This document shows positions 61,001-64,000 of a DNA stretch of 64,000 nt, one piece after another. The stretch is from Prasinococcaceae sp. CCMP 1430. Taxonomy: Eukaryota; Plantae; Prasinodermophyta. The position numbers and the translations under genes are program-made. Positions within the stretch are counted from its first letter, which is position 1, and each line of letters begins with the position of its first letter. The DNA is taken from positions 395,911 through 459,910 of the forward strand of contig RQSC01000027.1 in the NCBI GenBank assembly GCA_013416795.1, written 5' to 3'. The notes under the pieces were generated by a model. The model worked only from the letters and a program-made list of their open reading frames with translations, had not been told where the DNA came from and ran no database searches.

Positions 61001-64000
61001 GGGTGGCGCTCTCGATGATGAGGTCGAAGGTCTTCGCCTCGACGTTGTGCGCTTGCAAGAAGATCTCAATATGGCGACATCAAGGCAAGCCGAAGCAGAT
61101 GCCGCGATAAGCGTGTACGAAGCACGTGTCGTGGAGCTCCAGACCGCCCTCGAGGAGGCAAAAGCGATGGCGGAGTCAGCCGAGCGCGCACGAGCAAAAA
61201 TTGTGGCTAAGATGGGCGAGGAGACGGAACGCGCCGACAGTGTGGAAAGCGCCATCCTTGCGGCCGCTGCGCGCGCGGACGCTGCAGAGGAAAAGCTCGC
61301 GAACACTTCTTTGAGTGCACCGTCGAGTCCAAGAACGAGCTCACTGAGGGCCATCGGTGAGGTCCGCGTTGCGTCCCTCGAGAAGGAAATCACGCCACTG
61401 CGCGAAGCGTCAGCGCGCTACGAGGCAATGCGCGCGCGCCTCAACGCCGCGGAGGCTGCTGCTGGGGTGCTTGAGGGCGAGCTCACCGCCGTGCGCACCA
61501 GTGTCATCAAGGATCATGATAGGCAACAGGAGCAGGAAGTGGGCCTTGCGCAGCGCCACACGCGCGAAGTCAGGGACGAGGCAACGGATGATGCAGAGCG
61601 CGCTGCAGCTGCCATTTCTGAATTGGAGGCAGAGCTGGGCAGGGCCCGCGAGCAGGGAGCACAGGAGACTGAGAACCTTCAGAAGGAGATGGTTGCGCTG
61701 CACAGTAGGATGGAAAACGCAGCTGCCAAAGTGCTCGAGCTCACCAAGTGCGTGGACGAGTCCAGAGCGGAGACAAATGCAGCCGCAGCAAAGGCCACGG
61801 AGCTGGAGCAGTTGTTGCATGCGAGCAGAGAGCAGCTTACCACGACGACCAAGGCGCTCGATGACGCCCAGTCAGAGTTGGCCAGGGGCTCGGATGCTCT
61901 CGCAGCATCAGAGGCGAAGCTCGCGGCTGCTTGCGTGCGCGTGGAGGAGCTCGAAGTCGAGGTGAATGCGCGGGGTAGGGACGTCGATGAGGTCGCAACA
62001 TCACGTGACAGCCTCGCGCGAGAGCGCGACAATCTTACCCGCGAGCGCGACAGCCTTGTGAACGAGCGTGACATGCTGCAAGGAAAGCTGCAATGCGCGT
62101 CCGAGGAAAGCGACAGGCTCGCTACATCAGATGCGTCGTCGCGGGAGCGTCTCGAAGTAGTTGAAGCTGAGCGTTCGAGAGCCGAAGCGGCTGTTCGTCA
62201 ACTCGAGTGCAGCTTGGAGGAGATGCGCGCGAGGGAAGCCCGCAACGAAGCCGAGCGAGAGGAGGAGCTGACTGCCCTGCAATGTGCCCTTAGAACAGCT
62301 TCCGATATGGCCGGCGCTAGCGAGACCCGGCTAAAGGAAATGGAGGACGAGGTGGCCGCGCGAGAGCGGGAGCACATCGATCAAATCAACGCCTTCCAGA
62401 AGAGCTTGGCGGCCTCGACCGACGATGGTGCACAGTCGCTCGCTCGCATTGACTCCCTTGAAGCGCAGCTCGTCTCAGCTCAGAGAGACGCCCGCGAGGC
62501 TGGTACGCGGCTTGAGAGGGCCACTGAGGAGCGCGAGGAGAAGGACCTTGCCATCATCGACTTGAGGTCTGAGGTTGGTGCGCTCAACGACAAGCTGAAG
62601 GAGTTAGGCGCCGAGTTCAACGACGCTTACCAGCTGGCCTCCAAAGAGACTGAGCGCGTAGAGAAGCTGTCGGCCACGATGCAGCGTGCGAAGGAACGCG
62701 AAGACGAACTTGAAAAGCAATGCGCGGAGAGTGCCGAGCAACTGGCTGCTTGCGAGACGGAGAGGACTCGGCTGATGGCAGAGAAAGAGCAGCTGTCTAA
62801 GAGGATAGCGGAGCTCGAGGGCAAGCTTGTCTCTACCGAAGAGACGGCTCAAAAGAGCGCTCTGCGGATCGCCGAGCTTGTCGTGCGTGTGGAACGTGCT
62901 GATGAGGCGACTGACTTCGCCGCATTCAATGCGTCGGCACAGCTGAAGGAGGCCACAGACGCGGCAGAAGCAGCGGCAGCGGAAGTAAGCACGCTACGCA
63001 CGAGGCTCGAGACATCGACCAGCGAGAGCATATCCCTCAAAGAGCGCCTGTCTGAGATCGAAGACGAGCTCCACGACATGAGAAAGGCTCATGCGGGCGA
63101 GACACGCGACGCGGATGTTCGCGAGGCGGCGCTCGAGTCAGAGAAGGCTACGCTCGAGGCCGAGCTCGCTGACGAGCGCACGCGCGCTGCGATTGCCATG
63201 AATGAGAGCCTGCAAAACCGCGCAAAGGCCGCCGAGTACAGCGAACAGCTCAGGAAGAAGGTGAATGAGTGCAACTCGCTCGATCAGCAGCTGCAGGCGG
63301 CACTGTCGGAGGCTGCTGCTACGGCAGAGGCAAGCAGGGAGGCGTCCAGGCAGGCAGAGAGCAAGATTGTCGACCTCGGCGACGAGCTCGAGAAGGCGCA
63401 GAGCAGGCTCGCAGGTTTAAAGGAAAGAGGCGACGTATTTGCAGAGGAAGCGTTGCAAGCTACCGAAAAGGCCAAAGCGCGCATTGAGGCTCTGGAGAAC
63501 GAGGTTCGGGTGGTGAAGGACGAGCGCGCGGCGCTCGCTGAGGAGAATGCGAAGCGCGTTGCAGAGATAGAGGCTATGCGATCCGAGAACGAAAAGGCGA
63601 TGGAGGCCGCGCACGTCAAGCTGATGGCCGCGAGCGAAACTGCGGCGACGACGATCAAGACGCTCGAAGTCCGCGTTGTCGAGCTCACTGAGAAGAGTCA
63701 GAAATTCCATGCCCGTGGCATCGAGCTCGAGACTGCGCTCGATGATGCAGCCGAAAAGGCCGCTGGAACGAAGCTGGCGCTGGAGCGCAATATCGATGAT
63801 CTCAGCCGCTCGCTCAAAGCAACGGAAGAGCGCGCAGACATGTTGGAGTCCAGGCTCCAGACGGCCTCCCGTGAGTCGGCAGAGGCTGCCGAGCGCTCTG
63901 CCGCAGCTCAGAGTGCCGCCGGGGTACATTTGGAGGAGACGCGCGAGCAGCTGAAGATCGCTCGTGAGGAGAGCGAGCGCCTTGCTGATGCCAAGGAGAA
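58014..64000 (+). CDS. Giant kinesin-like protein with degenerate motor domain and >1400-aa coiled coil; runs off window
   Basis: ATG 58014; frame inferred open to 64000 (no terminated ORF in this frame in the track; ends checked manually). FAFDAV..SQEAMF..VRPL, GARRTGKT, RLLGPTL; E/A/R/L heptad-rich sequence from ~59450. Confidence 0.8.
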   Translation, partial: MGEARAERNAPTGAAPAQQAAAAGAVVDVRAGIKAAIAGAGVRVSSTGGVASRRFASAGGGGRKAARAVLAAKQQAQQRRVHARAHVTLPPLCDGEGQEEDEHGAGGPPSPAQGPGPFVYKACYVCACVRSGSAVDGGTGARSADLAVEAAAAAGGAGDGVAESPWRADGPYHLSGLWHAATGARARFAFDAVCDRAGASQEAMFRRTVRPLMAPLAGTNASLLVLALGARRTGKTAMMFGRHQSGGGVVHVALRHLLAALRAPPPSPVPAARERGGSPSSTRHSPMATSTIGGAPVLWLTVVEASHARSVTLLRLAAWADVSERGESALLDQLNDALAQRCEDASPKRHLVVTLTAEANGAKYVYQFADVAWNADEGAGHATSSAASLAPLRAALKALATKGATGAAPKVSAAAGQLRVARLLGPTLHAAATANGTVCCLLTVPERGGAHAANKAAVEGASALCSIDSATERRLLDAALASMAEELRRAEEKTPKTEEMESALAGELRSQSHDGGEMAKALSEAQRKLKEAQDEALSRRAQALKSMTEIGTAHAEAASAEERAQVAEERAALAEERVNAAEKALSASKAEAAAAVSAATADVNIARAEAHRLVSEAYSSAELAKAQLQGQITRTTELEARIAAVSTELAQTHERSREAISESADLHASADMAMTILDNLVRDINGEDEDGADHDLDINFGAVSDPAHAGAASAALRAVDAVRHKLQELQEAGAVEEAPSSLNQRVQVLTDERDSLAAERDALSTECGALKREAETMQNEISAKVDAARLEMQAHIEAERVRNDRLVEELDVYARQVEGMKEVDHLRAERIAELENAVAEGRASSEAANAQVRDLSFELETLQGRASEAENRARVAEERSTSAKDSSSKQIELLTSEAEALREERDALASEKDALMAEVEAACEAAEAARARTTPQSDAKEEGSTAGLALAEAEATRLQLSCVETQRDALSRQLELAREERDSAVRDLDECKRALAGGALDDEVEGLRLDVVRLQEDLNMATSRQAEADAAISVYEARVVELQTALEEAKAMAESAERARAKIVAKMGEETERADSVESAILAAAARADAAEEKLANTSLSAPSSPRTSSLRAIGEVRVASLEKEITPLREASARYEAMRARLNAAEAAAGVLEGELTAVRTSVIKDHDRQQEQEVGLAQRHTREVRDEATDDAERAAAAISELEAELGRAREQGAQETENLQKEMVALHSRMENAAAKVLELTKCVDESRAETNAAAAKATELEQLLHASREQLTTTTKALDDAQSELARGSDALAASEAKLAAACVRVEELEVEVNARGRDVDEVATSRDSLARERDNLTRERDSLVNERDMLQGKLQCASEESDRLATSDASSRERLEVVEAERSRAEAAVRQLECSLEEMRAREARNEAEREEELTALQCALRTASDMAGASETRLKEMEDEVAAREREHIDQINAFQKSLAASTDDGAQSLARIDSLEAQLVSAQRDAREAGTRLERATEEREEKDLAIIDLRSEVGALNDKLKELGAEFNDAYQLASKETERVEKLSATMQRAKEREDELEKQCAESAEQLAACETERTRLMAEKEQLSKRIAELEGKLVSTEETAQKSALRIAELVVRVERADEATDFAAFNASAQLKEATDAAEAAAAEVSTLRTRLETSTSESISLKERLSEIEDELHDMRKAHAGETRDADVREAALESEKATLEAELADERTRAAIAMNESLQNRAKAAEYSEQLRKKVNECNSLDQQLQAALSEAAATAEASREASRQAESKIVDLGDELEKAQSRLAGLKERGDVFAEEALQATEKAKARIEALENEVRVVKDERAALAEENAKRVAEIEAMRSENEKAMEAAHVKLMAASETAATTIKTLEVRVVELTEKSQKFHARGIELETALDDAAEKAAGTKLALERNIDDLSRSLKATEERADMLESRLQTASRESAEAAERSAAAQSAAGVHLEETREQLKIAREESERLADAKE

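Overview
Gene-dense, very GC-rich eukaryotic nuclear DNA from a photosynthetic green-lineage organism. The short GT..AG introns, plastid-targeted genes (PPOX, CCB1, bS21, TPM lumen protein, DUF1997, CPBP) and compact intergenic spaces suggest a prasinophyte-type alga; the taxon is inference. It is a draft scaffold with N gaps at 4575, 11244-11324, 17676, 46042, 47671, 51978-52334, 52681, 55507-55719 and 57616, so several genes are truncated. About 35 genes or gene fragments are recognisable, mostly housekeeping. All protein family calls come from motif recognition by eye; no searches were run. Two long ORFs are missing from the supplied track because they run off the window ends: a minus-strand PhyH-dioxygenase/Myb/QTGAL-like glycosyltransferase fusion (<1-2924) and a roughly 2000-aa degenerate kinesin with a coiled coil (58014->64000). 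The strongest leads are (1) that dioxygenase-Myb-glycosyltransferase fusion, a candidate one-protein hydroxylate-and-glycosylate system, and (2) a non-RbcS protein carrying a short-loop Rubisco-small-subunit-like domain plus a PTST-like motif (53065-54300), a candidate Rubisco/pyrenoid-starch linker. Also notable are a small repeat family with a 27-bp target-site-like duplication, orphan 5' gene fragments, and three apparent pseudoenzymes. No rRNA, tRNA or CRISPR array was recognised.
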